Source of the DNA: a virus
Length of the DNA stretch: 64,000 bases
Direction: 5' to 3' (one strand)
Virus record (IMG/VR): IMGVR_UViG_3300046616_000431
Span: 1 to 64,000 of that record
The position numbers and the translations under genes are program-made. Shown piece after piece: positions 29,240-38,060 of this stretch. The notes below the pieces were generated by a model. It had not been told where the DNA came from, did not search any database, and saw only the letters and a program-made list of their open reading frames with translations. Numbering within the stretch: the first letter of the stretch is position 1; each line of letters opens with the position of its first letter.

Positions 29240-30088
29240 ATGAGCCGACCGCTCATGGCAGCCCTCACGGCGCAGCAGACCGTCATCGACGACCAGCGCC
29301 GCCAGATCGCCATCCAGGGCCAGCAGATCGCGCTCATCGCGCGCCTCGCCGGTGTCACCGACCAGGTCAGCGCCATCGGCAAGACCGCCGACATCGCCAA
29401 CCCCGCGCAGCCGATCCCGGACCCGGGCGAGCAGGCCCCCTCCGAAACCACGGAGCAGGCCGCCACCCCGGAGACCAACGACGACGTCCGCTCCCCGGGC
29501 CAGACCGGCAACTCCACCCAGGGCGTCCCGGCCGCGTCCACCGACACCGCCCTCACCCCCGGCGGCACCCTCCCGGCCGAGCCCTACGGCAACCTCCAGG
29601 ACGTCACCGCCCCGGTCTCCGGCACCAACACCGGCGAGGTCGGCGGCGACCAGACCCGCATCGAGACCGACGTCCGCGCCGGAAACCCGATGGTGCCCGA
29701 CGTCGCGTTCCCCTGGACCATCAGCGACAACCAGTCCAACAACAACCCGCCCTCCTCGGGCGAGATGGCCGGAGGCGGCTCCCCCAGCCGCACCCACGCC
29801 TGCCTCCGACTCGCCCGCCTGCGAGTCCAGGCCGGTGTCGCCAAGGGCGACGACATCACCCTCGCCGCCGCCCTGGAAGCCGACACCCGGCTGACCGACG
29901 ACCTCATCAACCACGAGATCGGCCTCCTGAGCCGCCTCGCGAGCACCGCCACCAAGGCGCCGTCTGAGGGCGCCGCCCCGCGCACCGTGCGCTCCGCCGC
30001 CCGCGTCGCACCGTCCCTGGCATCCCAGTCGACGGCCACCAGCCCGGCGGCCCGAGAGGACCTCGTCGACAGCGACCTCTTCCTCTGA
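29240..30088 (+). CDS. scaffolding protein
   Basis: between protease and decoration/MCP; N-terminal coiled coil, disordered middle, acidic DSDLFL C-terminus. Confidence 0.7.
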   Translation: MSRPLMAALTAQQTVIDDQRRQIAIQGQQIALIARLAGVTDQVSAIGKTADIANPAQPIPDPGEQAPSETTEQAATPETNDDVRSPGQTGNSTQGVPAASTDTALTPGGTLPAEPYGNLQDVTAPVSGTNTGEVGGDQTRIETDVRAGNPMVPDVAFPWTISDNQSNNNPPSSGEMAGGGSPSRTHACLRLARLRVQAGVAKGDDITLAAALEADTRLTDDLINHEIGLLSRLASTATKAPSEGAAPRTVRSAARVAPSLASQSTATSPAAREDLVDSDLFL

Positions 30089-30101
30089 TCAACCCCCCAC
30101 C

Positions 30102-30135
30102 GCGAAGGGCCCGGCCTCACCGCCGGGCCCTTCGC
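30102..30135 (+). terminator. stem-loop terminator
   Basis: GCGAAGGGCCCGGC-CTCACC-GCCGGGCCCTTCGC. Confidence 0.7.
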
Positions 30136-30169
30136 CATACCCGCCACAGAAATTCCTTGCCAACTCTCC

Positions 30170-30203
30170 CTGTCTCATGCCGTTTGGCCGCCAGTAGGGG
30201 GTG
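30170..30203 (+). promoter_or_regulatory. late-promoter-like bipartite motif upstream of decoration/MCP operon
   Basis: CTGT-N22-AGGGGGTG. Confidence 0.75.
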
Positions 30204-30259
30204 AAAGCGGCCTGCCGGTCCCCCTCGGCGGCCAGCCGAGAAACCTGGGAGGGCGGCAC

Positions 30260-30772
30260 ATGATCCGCGTTCGGGCAGCCAACGCCCACATCAAGAGGAC
30301 CTTCCGACCGACGTACGCCTGGACCCAGGCAACGCCGAAGTCGGTCTTCCTCGACCCGGCCTGGGACCGCAGCTTCCTCATCTACCCGGGCATGGTCCTC
30401 ATGCGCACGGCCGGTGAGCTGGTGACCCTGATCGGAGGCTCCGGCGTCCCCTACGGCTTCGCGGCCGACTACGTCGGAGGCGACGGCTTCGACCCGCTCC
30501 TCGACGTCGGCGTCAACGCCACCGCCGTCTGGGTCTTGGGCACCGACGGCGAGGCCGAGATCCTCGCCCCCGCCTTCGACAACACCCAGACCTGGACCGA
30601 CCCCGGCGACGGCACCGAGAAGCTCGTCTACGCGATCACCGCCGGAACCGGCCGAGGCAAGCTCGCCCTCGCCACCAACGGCGCCGTGGCCACCGCCATC
30701 TCCGCCCAGCCGGTCGCCCGCCTGCTCAAGGTCAACAGCACCAGCAAGATCACCATCGGCGGCCTGCGCTAA
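30260..30772 (+). CDS. capsid decoration / head stabilising protein
   Basis: 170-aa beta-rich protein immediately upstream of MCP. Confidence 0.65.
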   Translation: MIRVRAANAHIKRTFRPTYAWTQATPKSVFLDPAWDRSFLIYPGMVLMRTAGELVTLIGGSGVPYGFAADYVGGDGFDPLLDVGVNATAVWVLGTDGEAEILAPAFDNTQTWTDPGDGTEKLVYAITAGTGRGKLALATNGAVATAISAQPVARLLKVNSTSKITIGGLR

Positions 30773-30813
30773 GCGCCCTGAGAGCCGAGCGAGAGGAACA
30801 GAGGAAACTCACC

Positions 30814-31803
30814 ATGACCGCAGCGCTCCACGCTGGGCACAAGGGCGGCGTCACCGCCAAGAAGTCCGACGACTACGTCAACGACATCCTCGCCCGCCGC
30901 GAGAGCCAGGGCCACGCCCCGCTCTCCACCCAGGCGAAGATGCAGCGCCTCCAGTCCGTCGTCTCCGACCAGACCAACGGCATCAAGCGCCTGGGCGTCG
31001 GCATGATCGGCCCCATCCAGTTGAAGCTCCGCTACCAGGGCATCACCCGGAACGTGCTGGTCGAGGACCCCTGCACCCCCGGCACACCGGTCGAGTACGA
31101 CGTGTGGGACGACCTCGGTCAGGCCTACATGATGTCCGGCACCGAGGGCGAAGTCCGCATCACCCCCTTCGAAGGCAAGCGCATCCAGGTGCGGTTCTTC
31201 CGCATAGCCTCGCGCCCCGCCATCCGCAAGGAAGACCTCCTCTACCTGCGCATCAACGCGGTCGAGCAGGCCCAGGACGAGACCAAGCAGGCCATCCTCA
31301 AGCAGGAGGACTCGCGCCTGATCACGATCCTCCAGGCCGCGATCTCGGACTACACCAACCGCTCCGACCACACGGTCACCCCCAACCACGTGGTCAACGA
31401 GGCGTCGGGCTACCTGACCCCGGGCTCGCTCTACAGCGCGGTCTCCCTGACCGACATGCACGAGCTGCAGTCCAGCCGCATCCTGATCAACCCGATGGAC
31501 TACCGCGACATGTACCGGTGGGACATCAACCAGACGGGCTGGGCCTTCAAGGACCGCGTCGTCGCGGGCGAGACGATCACCTCGTTCGGCGAGTTCCAGC
31601 TCCAGCGCTCCATCGTCGTCCCTCAGGGCGAGACCTACCTGACCCCGGACCCGCAGTTCCTCGGCGTCTTCCCGGTCCTGTACTCGCTCGATGTCGAGGA
31701 AAACCACCGCGTGGAAAGTTTCTGGAAGGGTTGGGTCTTCGATGAGATGATCAGCATGCTGATTTTGAATCCGCGCGGCCTCGCGAAAATCGTGAAGTCG
31801 TAG
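30814..31803 (+). CDS. major capsid protein (HK97 fold)
   Basis: 329 aa; position; very strong codon bias; ends EMISMLILNPRGLAKI, typical of HK97-fold C-terminal strands. Confidence 0.85.
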   Translation: MTAALHAGHKGGVTAKKSDDYVNDILARRESQGHAPLSTQAKMQRLQSVVSDQTNGIKRLGVGMIGPIQLKLRYQGITRNVLVEDPCTPGTPVEYDVWDDLGQAYMMSGTEGEVRITPFEGKRIQVRFFRIASRPAIRKEDLLYLRINAVEQAQDETKQAILKQEDSRLITILQAAISDYTNRSDHTVTPNHVVNEASGYLTPGSLYSAVSLTDMHELQSSRILINPMDYRDMYRWDINQTGWAFKDRVVAGETITSFGEFQLQRSIVVPQGETYLTPDPQFLGVFPVLYSLDVEENHRVESFWKGWVFDEMISMLILNPRGLAKIVKS

Positions 31804-31831
31804 CCGATCCATCTCGTCAAACGTACCACAC

Positions 31832-31878
31832 CGAAGGGCCGTAACTCAAGCCGCAACAGGCTGGGTTGCGGCCCTTCG
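31832..31878 (+). terminator. terminator after MCP
   Basis: CGAAGGGCCG ... CGGCCCTTCG stem. Confidence 0.65.
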
Positions 31879-31938
31879 TGCTGCTCGACAGCAACCCAGG
31901 CCTCTCGCAGCGACCCAACCAAGTGGTTCTCAACTAAA

Positions 31939-31967
31939 TTGCTAAAAAACGAGGGCTCCTCTAGACT
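31939..31967 (+). promoter_or_regulatory. sigma70/HrdB-type promoter for endonuclease gene
   Basis: TTGCTA-N17-TAGACT. Confidence 0.55.
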
Positions 31968-32013
31968 TGCAGGTGTACCGGCCAAGGTGACACCGCCTCC
32001 AGAGGAGCCCTCT

Positions 32014-33672
32014 GTGTCGAATGCTAATGCCAACCTCTACCGAGACCGCGCTGACGAGGTCGAGCGCCTCTTCGTGAACGAGCAGATGTCGGCCCCGAAA
32101 ATCGCTGAGCAGACTGGCGTCCCGGACTACCAGGTCCGCCTGCTGCTTAAAGAGCGCGGCCATGACCTCGCCAAGAGGCGCTCCCAGAAGGAGCTGCGCC
32201 TGCCGGAAGTCACGCCGCTCCTGGAGCAGCGGATGCCTCTCAAGGAGATCGCCAAGCAGACGTCGATCCCGTACGCCACCTTGCGCCGGTGGCTCCAGGA
32301 GGAAGGCATCGACACTGGCGCCAACGACCCGGACGCGACCCGGCGCGAACAGCTCATCGACGAGGTCGTGGCCCGCTACCAGAACACCCAGCCCGCCAAC
32401 ACCATCGCTGCCGACCTGGGGCTCTCGCACGGGACTGTCCTGCGGTGGCTGCACGAGCGCGGAATCGAGATCCGGCGAGCGCCACTCAAGCGCACCGCCC
32501 ACAAGAAGATCAAGCACCTCGACGAGGTGCTGAGGCTGCACCGCGAAGAGGGCAAGACGACCAGCGAGATCACCACCCTCGTGCCGGTCGCTCGGGGCAC
32601 CGTGGAAGCCTGGCTCCGAGACGCTGGAGAGAAGCCCCGCTATAGCACCCCCGCTCAGAAGAAGGCCGAGAGGGAGGAAGACCCCCGGCGTCAGATGGTG
32701 CTGTCCCTCTACCAGAGCGGCTCCACCTGGAAGCAGATCGTCGCCGAGGCTCACGTCGCGGAGACGACGGCGCGCGGCTGGGTTGCGGAGGCCGGAATCC
32801 AGGGGCAGGGTGGCAAGGCTGCGCGGGACACCAGAAAGCGCGCCGAGGCCCTGCGCCTGGCGCGCGAGGAGGACCTGCCCATCATGGAGATCTGCGCGGC
32901 CGTCGAGGCGAGTTACTACAAGGTTCGAGAGTGGCTGGACGAGGAGGGCGTACGCGTCCGCCAGCCCGGCGAGCGAACCCCCGACGGCATCCGCCGCAGC
33001 GCGCAGGGCGCCAAGGGCGGCCCGCGTGGTCGCCGCGCTACCAACCGGCCTGCTGCGCCTATCTCTCGTCGGCCGCGCAACCCCGTGCTCCCGCGCGAGT
33101 GCGCCGCGCCGGACTGCACCGAGACCTTCACGTCGCCCACCCGGAAGTACCACAACGACGAGTGCCGGGCGAAGTGGGCCAAGCGCCGCGAGGCCGACCC
33201 GAACAATCACGTCACCTACACCTGCCAGAACTGCAGTAATGAGTTCACCAGGCCGAGGTCCTCGGGCTCCTTCCGGTACTGCTCCAACGACTGCGCCCAG
33301 CGCCACACCAAGACGAAGCAGCACGTGGTGGTGGAGGACGCGGTGGTGCTGGACTCGTCGTACGAGACTCTTCTGTGGTCGCTGTGCCGTATCTACAAGG
33401 TTCCCGTGGAGCGCTACGACCGAGCTGGCGGAGTGGAGTGGCGTGAGGGCGGCTGGTACGCGCCGGACCTTCTGGTGGAGTGGCAGGGGCGCAGCGTGAC
33501 CGTCGAGACGAAGGGCCTTACCGACCCCGAGGACGAGGAGCGCTGGGCCGCGTTCCGCTCCCAGTCCGACGTCCCCCTGGTCGTCCTGACCCAGGCGGAG
33601 TTGGTGCCGCCTCCGGCCAGCCGCGAGGAGCTGCTGGATTTGCTGGGTCTGGGCAAGATCGTCAAGTCGTAG
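32014..33672 (+). mobile_element. free-standing putative homing endonuclease: 6 HTH repeats, 2 Zn fingers, PD-(D/E)xK nuclease
   Basis: six repeats of xxIA....xxTxRxWLxExG; CAAPDC..YHNDEC and CQNC..YCSNDC; SSYE...YAPDLLV...VETKG; GAGGAG then GTG 32014. Confidence 0.75.
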
Positions 33673-33696
33673 GCCAGGCAGTACGCTTCAGCATGA

Positions 33697-33730
33697 CGGC
33701 CCCCTCTCGGTACGAACGAGAGGGGGCCGT
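33697..33730 (+). terminator. terminator
   Basis: ACGGCCCCCTCTCG ... CGAGAGGGGGCCGT. Confidence 0.7.
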
Positions 33731-34007
33731 TGCGTGCCCACGTGCCCCTAGGAGTGGGCGCCATTTCCCCGGCTACGGGTCTCTGGCCGCGCGGGCGGAC
33801 GGCCAGACCTCGTGAGCCCCTCACTCCTAAGGGAGTGAGGGGTCACTCGATGGCGCGCCTTTGGCTGGTCATCTCGGCGGGTGACATGTTCTCACCCTGA
33901 CACATTCTCAGCACGATGTGTAGTCGATCAGGTCAATTCCGTGTTCCCCCGAATGAATTCGGCCACGCCTGCTGTCCCTGTGTGGGTCGCTCACCATAGG
34001 GGGTGAG

Positions 34008-34088
34008 GGTTTGTGGTGGGCCCTCTTGCGGCTCCGTTCTCCGGCCGCCACTCGACCCCCGGACTCCCTTCCGGGGGTTGAGTGCTGT
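34008..34088 (+). ncRNA. candidate ~80-nt small RNA
   Basis: late-type motif at 33972-34005, no convincing CDS, then hairpin CACTCGACCCCCGGA/TCCGGGGGTTGAGTG (34049-34084). Confidence 0.3.
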
Positions 34089-34160
34089 CTGGGTGCCTGT
34101 GGCCCCAGCAAAGGGTTGACGAGTGCGTTACCGCTCCGTTCCCGATCTCTGGAGGCAGTC

Positions 34161-34547
34161 ATGCAGGTGCAGCGGATTCAGGTCAGCAACCCCTCTGCGG
34201 AGGTGGTCGTCCTCACTCCGGACGCGGACAAGCCGAAGACGTACCTGCGCTTCGAGGGCAAGGGCGATCTCGAAGGTGGCGACGTCCAGTTCGTGTCCCG
34301 GGACACGGTGCTGCAGACGCCGTTCATCAAGGCGGTCAAGCGCGGTGTGCTGCAGGTCGATTCCGACCTGGGCGAGGACACGGAGCTGTCGACTCTGCTG
34401 CGCGTGACGCCTGGTGCGAGGGTCGCGTCGGGGCCGGAGAAGCTCACGGCCACGCGGGTCGTCTACGTCTACGACGAGGACGAAGAGGTCTACAACCGCG
34501 TGGAGAAGAAGATCCCCGTCATCATCGAACCTCTCACGAAGGTGTGA
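34161..34547 (+). CDS. hypothetical head-region protein
   Basis: GGAGG RBS, ATG 34161. Confidence 0.75.
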   Translation: MQVQRIQVSNPSAEVVVLTPDADKPKTYLRFEGKGDLEGGDVQFVSRDTVLQTPFIKAVKRGVLQVDSDLGEDTELSTLLRVTPGARVASGPEKLTATRVVYVYDEDEEVYNRVEKKIPVIIEPLTKV

Positions 34548-34555
34548 CCGGCCCC

Positions 34556-34903
34556 ATGAGCATGAGTGAAAGCGAGCGGCGTCTGCTGCTCTCGGGCACC
34601 CTCGACACCTCTGGTGTCCACGCGGGTGAGCACGCGTTCCTGCCGGAGGTCGCTTCGGCCTGGGAGGCCGATGTCGAGCCGGTCGTCCAGGACGAGTACG
34701 GACCCGAGCCTGAGATCCCCGGCTGGCCCGGGACGCCGGACGGCAGCGAGCACAGAGAGACACCGCAGGCCCCGACTCCCGAGCCGGGTCAGGTGGTTCT
34801 GGGGAAGCCGGAGCCCGCCCCTGCTGCGCCGGTGGCTGTCCAGCCGAAGCCTGCGGCGCGTAAGCGCATCCCGGCCAAGAAGACCACCGCGCCCAAGGAG
34901 TAG
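34556..34903 (+). CDS. hypothetical P/E-rich protein with basic tail
   Basis: operon position; GC3 bias. Confidence 0.6.
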   Translation: MSMSESERRLLLSGTLDTSGVHAGEHAFLPEVASAWEADVEPVVQDEYGPEPEIPGWPGTPDGSEHRETPQAPTPEPGQVVLGKPEPAPAAPVAVQPKPAARKRIPAKKTTAPKE

Positions 34904-34941
34904 GCGTCCGCGCCTGCTGAGATTTAAGAAGGAGGGCTGCC

Positions 34942-35952
34942 ATGGCCGCGAGCGACCAGAGCAGCACGTACGAGACTGATGGTGCTATCGGCACCAAGGG
35001 TGCTCCGGTCCCGGCTCCGGTCCCGGTATCGCAGCCCGACACGACCAACGTGGCCCTGGTGTCTTCCGTTGGCTGGGCTCCTGTCAATACGGGGCTGACG
35101 GAGTCCGCTGAGACTGTCGTGGCGACGGTGGTCACTGTGGAGCCGCCGTACAAGGCTCCGCCTGGCCCGGTGCCTGCTGTCACCAAGGACACGACGTGGA
35201 CGGACAGCCCTGTCGGCAACGGCACGGCTGCTACGGGGCTGAACGCGCTGCTGTCGATGACGGGCACGGTGGAGACGGGCTCGTTCGGTGCTGTGGCGGC
35301 TGGTTCTTCGGCTCTGCCGGTGGCGCCGGTCGCGCCGACGGCGGCGGCCGGTGACCGCTACGTCCTGGTGTCCTTCACGGCGGTGGCCGACCCGCACGCC
35401 ACGGCCAAGGTGACGCAGTACGTCATCGAGTCCGACACGGGCGGCCACGTCTACGCGCCCCGGGGCGCGACCAGTGTGCGGTTCGAGAACCTCAAGGGCG
35501 GTCAGGCGTACAAGTTCCGTGTGGCGGCCTCGAACAAGAACGGTGACGGTCCCTACGGTCCGTTCTCGGCGGCGGCTGTGGCGCCGGGTAACGAGGACGA
35601 GGTTCGTCCGGTGGGGCTGTCGGCGAAGAACATCGTGAACCCGATCTACAAGCAGGACGGGACGATCAAGCAGGGTTCGTACGGTGCGCCGACGCCTCCG
35701 GGCAAGCCGACGGTGGCGGCTGGTGCGACGACCACGGCCAACGTGACCTGGACTGCGCCGACGTCGGGTCAGCCGTCGGGTGGGTACGACGTCAAGGCGT
35801 CGACCGGGCAGACCGTGCATGCGGCTCCTGCGGCCACGACGATCAACGTGCCGGGCCTGACGCTGACCAACGTGATCACCTTTACGGTCACGGCGATCGG
35901 TCAGCTGCAGAACGCGGTGTCTCCTGCGTCGAACAACTTCACCGTCGTCTGA
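34942..35952 (+). CDS. fibronectin type III domain virion protein
   Basis: two Fn3 motifs: LKGGQAYKFRVAASNKNGDGPY and VTWTAP...GYDV...FTVTA. Confidence 0.85.
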   Translation: MAASDQSSTYETDGAIGTKGAPVPAPVPVSQPDTTNVALVSSVGWAPVNTGLTESAETVVATVVTVEPPYKAPPGPVPAVTKDTTWTDSPVGNGTAATGLNALLSMTGTVETGSFGAVAAGSSALPVAPVAPTAAAGDRYVLVSFTAVADPHATAKVTQYVIESDTGGHVYAPRGATSVRFENLKGGQAYKFRVAASNKNGDGPYGPFSAAAVAPGNEDEVRPVGLSAKNIVNPIYKQDGTIKQGSYGAPTPPGKPTVAAGATTTANVTWTAPTSGQPSGGYDVKASTGQTVHAAPAATTINVPGLTLTNVITFTVTAIGQLQNAVSPASNNFTVV

Positions 35953-36126
35953 TCTTGGCAGGAGGCCGGGCCCGGAGGGCTGCCCGGCCTGGAGCGCCAG
36001 CGTGAATCCGGATACAAGAGCGCTGCTCGCGATAGCGGCCCCGTCCCACGACTCCGGGACGGGGCTGCTTGCTGTTCAGGCGGCCTTCGCTGGCTGAAGG
36101 GGCGAAGGCGACCGCAAGGAGAGGGC

Positions 36127-36789
36127 ATGTCCGGTACGACACCCAGGCTCGGCCTGAAGACATTCGACCAGTCCGACCCGTTCCTGCGTCAGGACTTCAA
36201 CGACCAGTCGGCCAAGCTCGACGCCTATCCGGGTTCGTTCATCTGCACGTCGGCGTCTCGTCCGGCCTGGGGGCCGAACCAGGCGGGCATGCGGATCTAT
36301 GAGACCGATACCCGGCGGGAGCTGGTGTGGACGGGTACTGCCTGGCGTGAGCCTTTGTCGGCGCCTCCGGTGTGGCAGGGGACTGTGGCGCCGGACGTGG
36401 CCATGGGCCATGACACGCACGTCTACTACAACCTGGCGACGTTCAACGTGAACCGGCCGGGCACTCTCCTGGTCAACTTGACCGTGGAGATCCAGGTCCA
36501 GTCGACGTACACCATGAACGCGCACTTCCGGCCGCAGGTCGACGGCAATGACGCGGGGGTCGGCGGAGGTACGCCTTCGTTCATCCGTGTCGAGCAGGTC
36601 CAGGCCTCGGGTGGCGGCTGGTCCCGTCACTACATGATTCCGGTCCTCGGGATCCGCAGTGTCGGTGTCGGCAGCCACAAGTTCGGCATCCACATGTTCA
36701 CCACGCCGACGTCGGTGACGAAGGCTGGCTCGATGCGTCTGTCTCAGGCGCGGGGCACCGCGCTGCTGGTCAACTCGACGGACACGTGA
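36127..36789 (+). CDS. virion (fibre/collar-like) protein
   Basis: TTPRLGL...DFN..KLD and GMRIYETDT..WTGTAW motifs typical of actinophage fibre modules. Confidence 0.65.
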   Translation: MSGTTPRLGLKTFDQSDPFLRQDFNDQSAKLDAYPGSFICTSASRPAWGPNQAGMRIYETDTRRELVWTGTAWREPLSAPPVWQGTVAPDVAMGHDTHVYYNLATFNVNRPGTLLVNLTVEIQVQSTYTMNAHFRPQVDGNDAGVGGGTPSFIRVEQVQASGGGWSRHYMIPVLGIRSVGVGSHKFGIHMFTTPTSVTKAGSMRLSQARGTALLVNSTDT

Positions 36790-37658
36790 TGGACGAGTAC
36801 ACCGACCGCGCGTACGTATCCCGGTACGGCGCCGCCGAGTTCGGGCTCCGGGTCATGCGCGCCGGTGTGCTCGGCGACGCCGACGGTCCTGTCACGGTCA
36901 CGCTGCTGTCCGACACTCCGGCGGCCACGGTGGTCTTCTCGCGGGCTGCGGACCATCCGGGCGTCGGCGAGTACACGGTGCGGCTGACGTCTCTGGAGAC
37001 GGCTGCTGTGGGCCCGTACGTCCTGGTGTGGCAGTACGTGGTCAACTCGTTGCCGGAGGAGTGGCGGGTCTGGCTGGAGGTGGGCAAGGCCGCCCCGGAG
37101 TACGACCGTCTGACGGACGACATGAAGGGGATCATCGAGACGACGTGGAACCGGTTCTCCGACCTGTTCGACTTCGCCACCGAGGGTCCTCACCTGCAGA
37201 CGTACGTGCAGTCGAACTTCGGCCGGAACCGCCTTGCGCAGTTGATGCGTATCGCTGTCGGGCGTCTGAACACGGTGGCGCAGCCGTTCCAGTCGTACTC
37301 CATCGACGGTGACGGCGGCGCCTCGTTCCCGGTCGACCGGTGGGGCTCGTTGCTGGAGTCGGCGCTGTATGTCGAGTGCCTGCGGCATCTGATGCGTTCC
37401 TACGTCGAGCAGCCTGAGGTGCAGTCCGGCTCGGGTGTCTCGCGGCTGGACCGGCGGGACTACATGGACCGCTGGGGCACCGTGCTGCAGGACGAGGAGC
37501 AGGTCCTCAAGCAGCAGCTGGAGCACTTCAAGATCGCGAACATGGGGCTCGGGCGTGCCCGGGTCCTGGTCTCGGGTGGCGCGTGGGGGCGGTGGGGGCC
37601 GAACCGTCTGCCGCTGTCGTACGCGGCCCGTGCCAACTGGGTTACACGGAATTACTGA
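36789..37658 (+). CDS. head-to-tail adaptor / neck protein
   Basis: position after capsid genes; N-terminal Ig-like part plus helical adaptor-like part. Confidence 0.6.
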   Translation: MDEYTDRAYVSRYGAAEFGLRVMRAGVLGDADGPVTVTLLSDTPAATVVFSRAADHPGVGEYTVRLTSLETAAVGPYVLVWQYVVNSLPEEWRVWLEVGKAAPEYDRLTDDMKGIIETTWNRFSDLFDFATEGPHLQTYVQSNFGRNRLAQLMRIAVGRLNTVAQPFQSYSIDGDGGASFPVDRWGSLLESALYVECLRHLMRSYVEQPEVQSGSGVSRLDRRDYMDRWGTVLQDEEQVLKQQLEHFKIANMGLGRARVLVSGGAWGRWGPNRLPLSYAARANWVTRNY

Positions 37659-37674
37659 CCGGCAAGGAGGGGCC

Positions 37675-37854
37675 ATGTCCGGTGGCGCCCAAGAAGGTCC
37701 TGCTCCGTCCGTCGAGTTCGGCCTGGACCACATCGAGGTCAACCAGGTCATCTGCACGCACCGCGTCTGCGGCCACGGCCAGGTCGTGGCCTCTCTCTAC
37801 GAAGCCGAGAAGTTCCGGATCCTGCACATCTGCCCTGGTCGGGCGCTGATCTGA
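37675..37854 (+). CDS. small Cys/His protein
   Basis: AAGGAGG RBS; CTHRVC...HIC. Confidence 0.55.
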   Translation: MSGGAQEGPAPSVEFGLDHIEVNQVICTHRVCGHGQVVASLYEAEKFRILHICPGRALI

Positions 37855-37867
37855 AAGGAGGCCGCTG

Positions 37868-38044
37868 ATGGCCTACACCGTCACTCTCAAGGCAGGGCTG
37901 GCCAACGTCGTCCTGCCGAACGGCAACCTCTACCAGGGTGGCGACGTCGTCATCCTGACCGACGAGCAGTACGGGCGGATGACCGCGACGGCCCGTACTG
38001 CTGTCGTCCAGACCGCGACCATCGTGCCCGTTCCGGCATCCTGA
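37868..38044 (+). CDS. 58-aa hypothetical virion protein (not in ORF track)
   Basis: AAGGAGG RBS; MAYTVTLKAGLANVVLPNGNLYQGGDVVILTDEQYGRM... Confidence 0.7.
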   Translation: MAYTVTLKAGLANVVLPNGNLYQGGDVVILTDEQYGRMTATARTAVVQTATIVPVPAS

Positions 38045-38060
38045 CGTAGCGAGGCAAGCT

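Noticed and set aside
31804-33645. Group I intron or intein interrupting the MCP gene
   Set aside because: The MCP has an intact C-terminus, stop codon and terminator before the insert. No intron core or intein splice motifs were recognised, so a free-standing element fits better.
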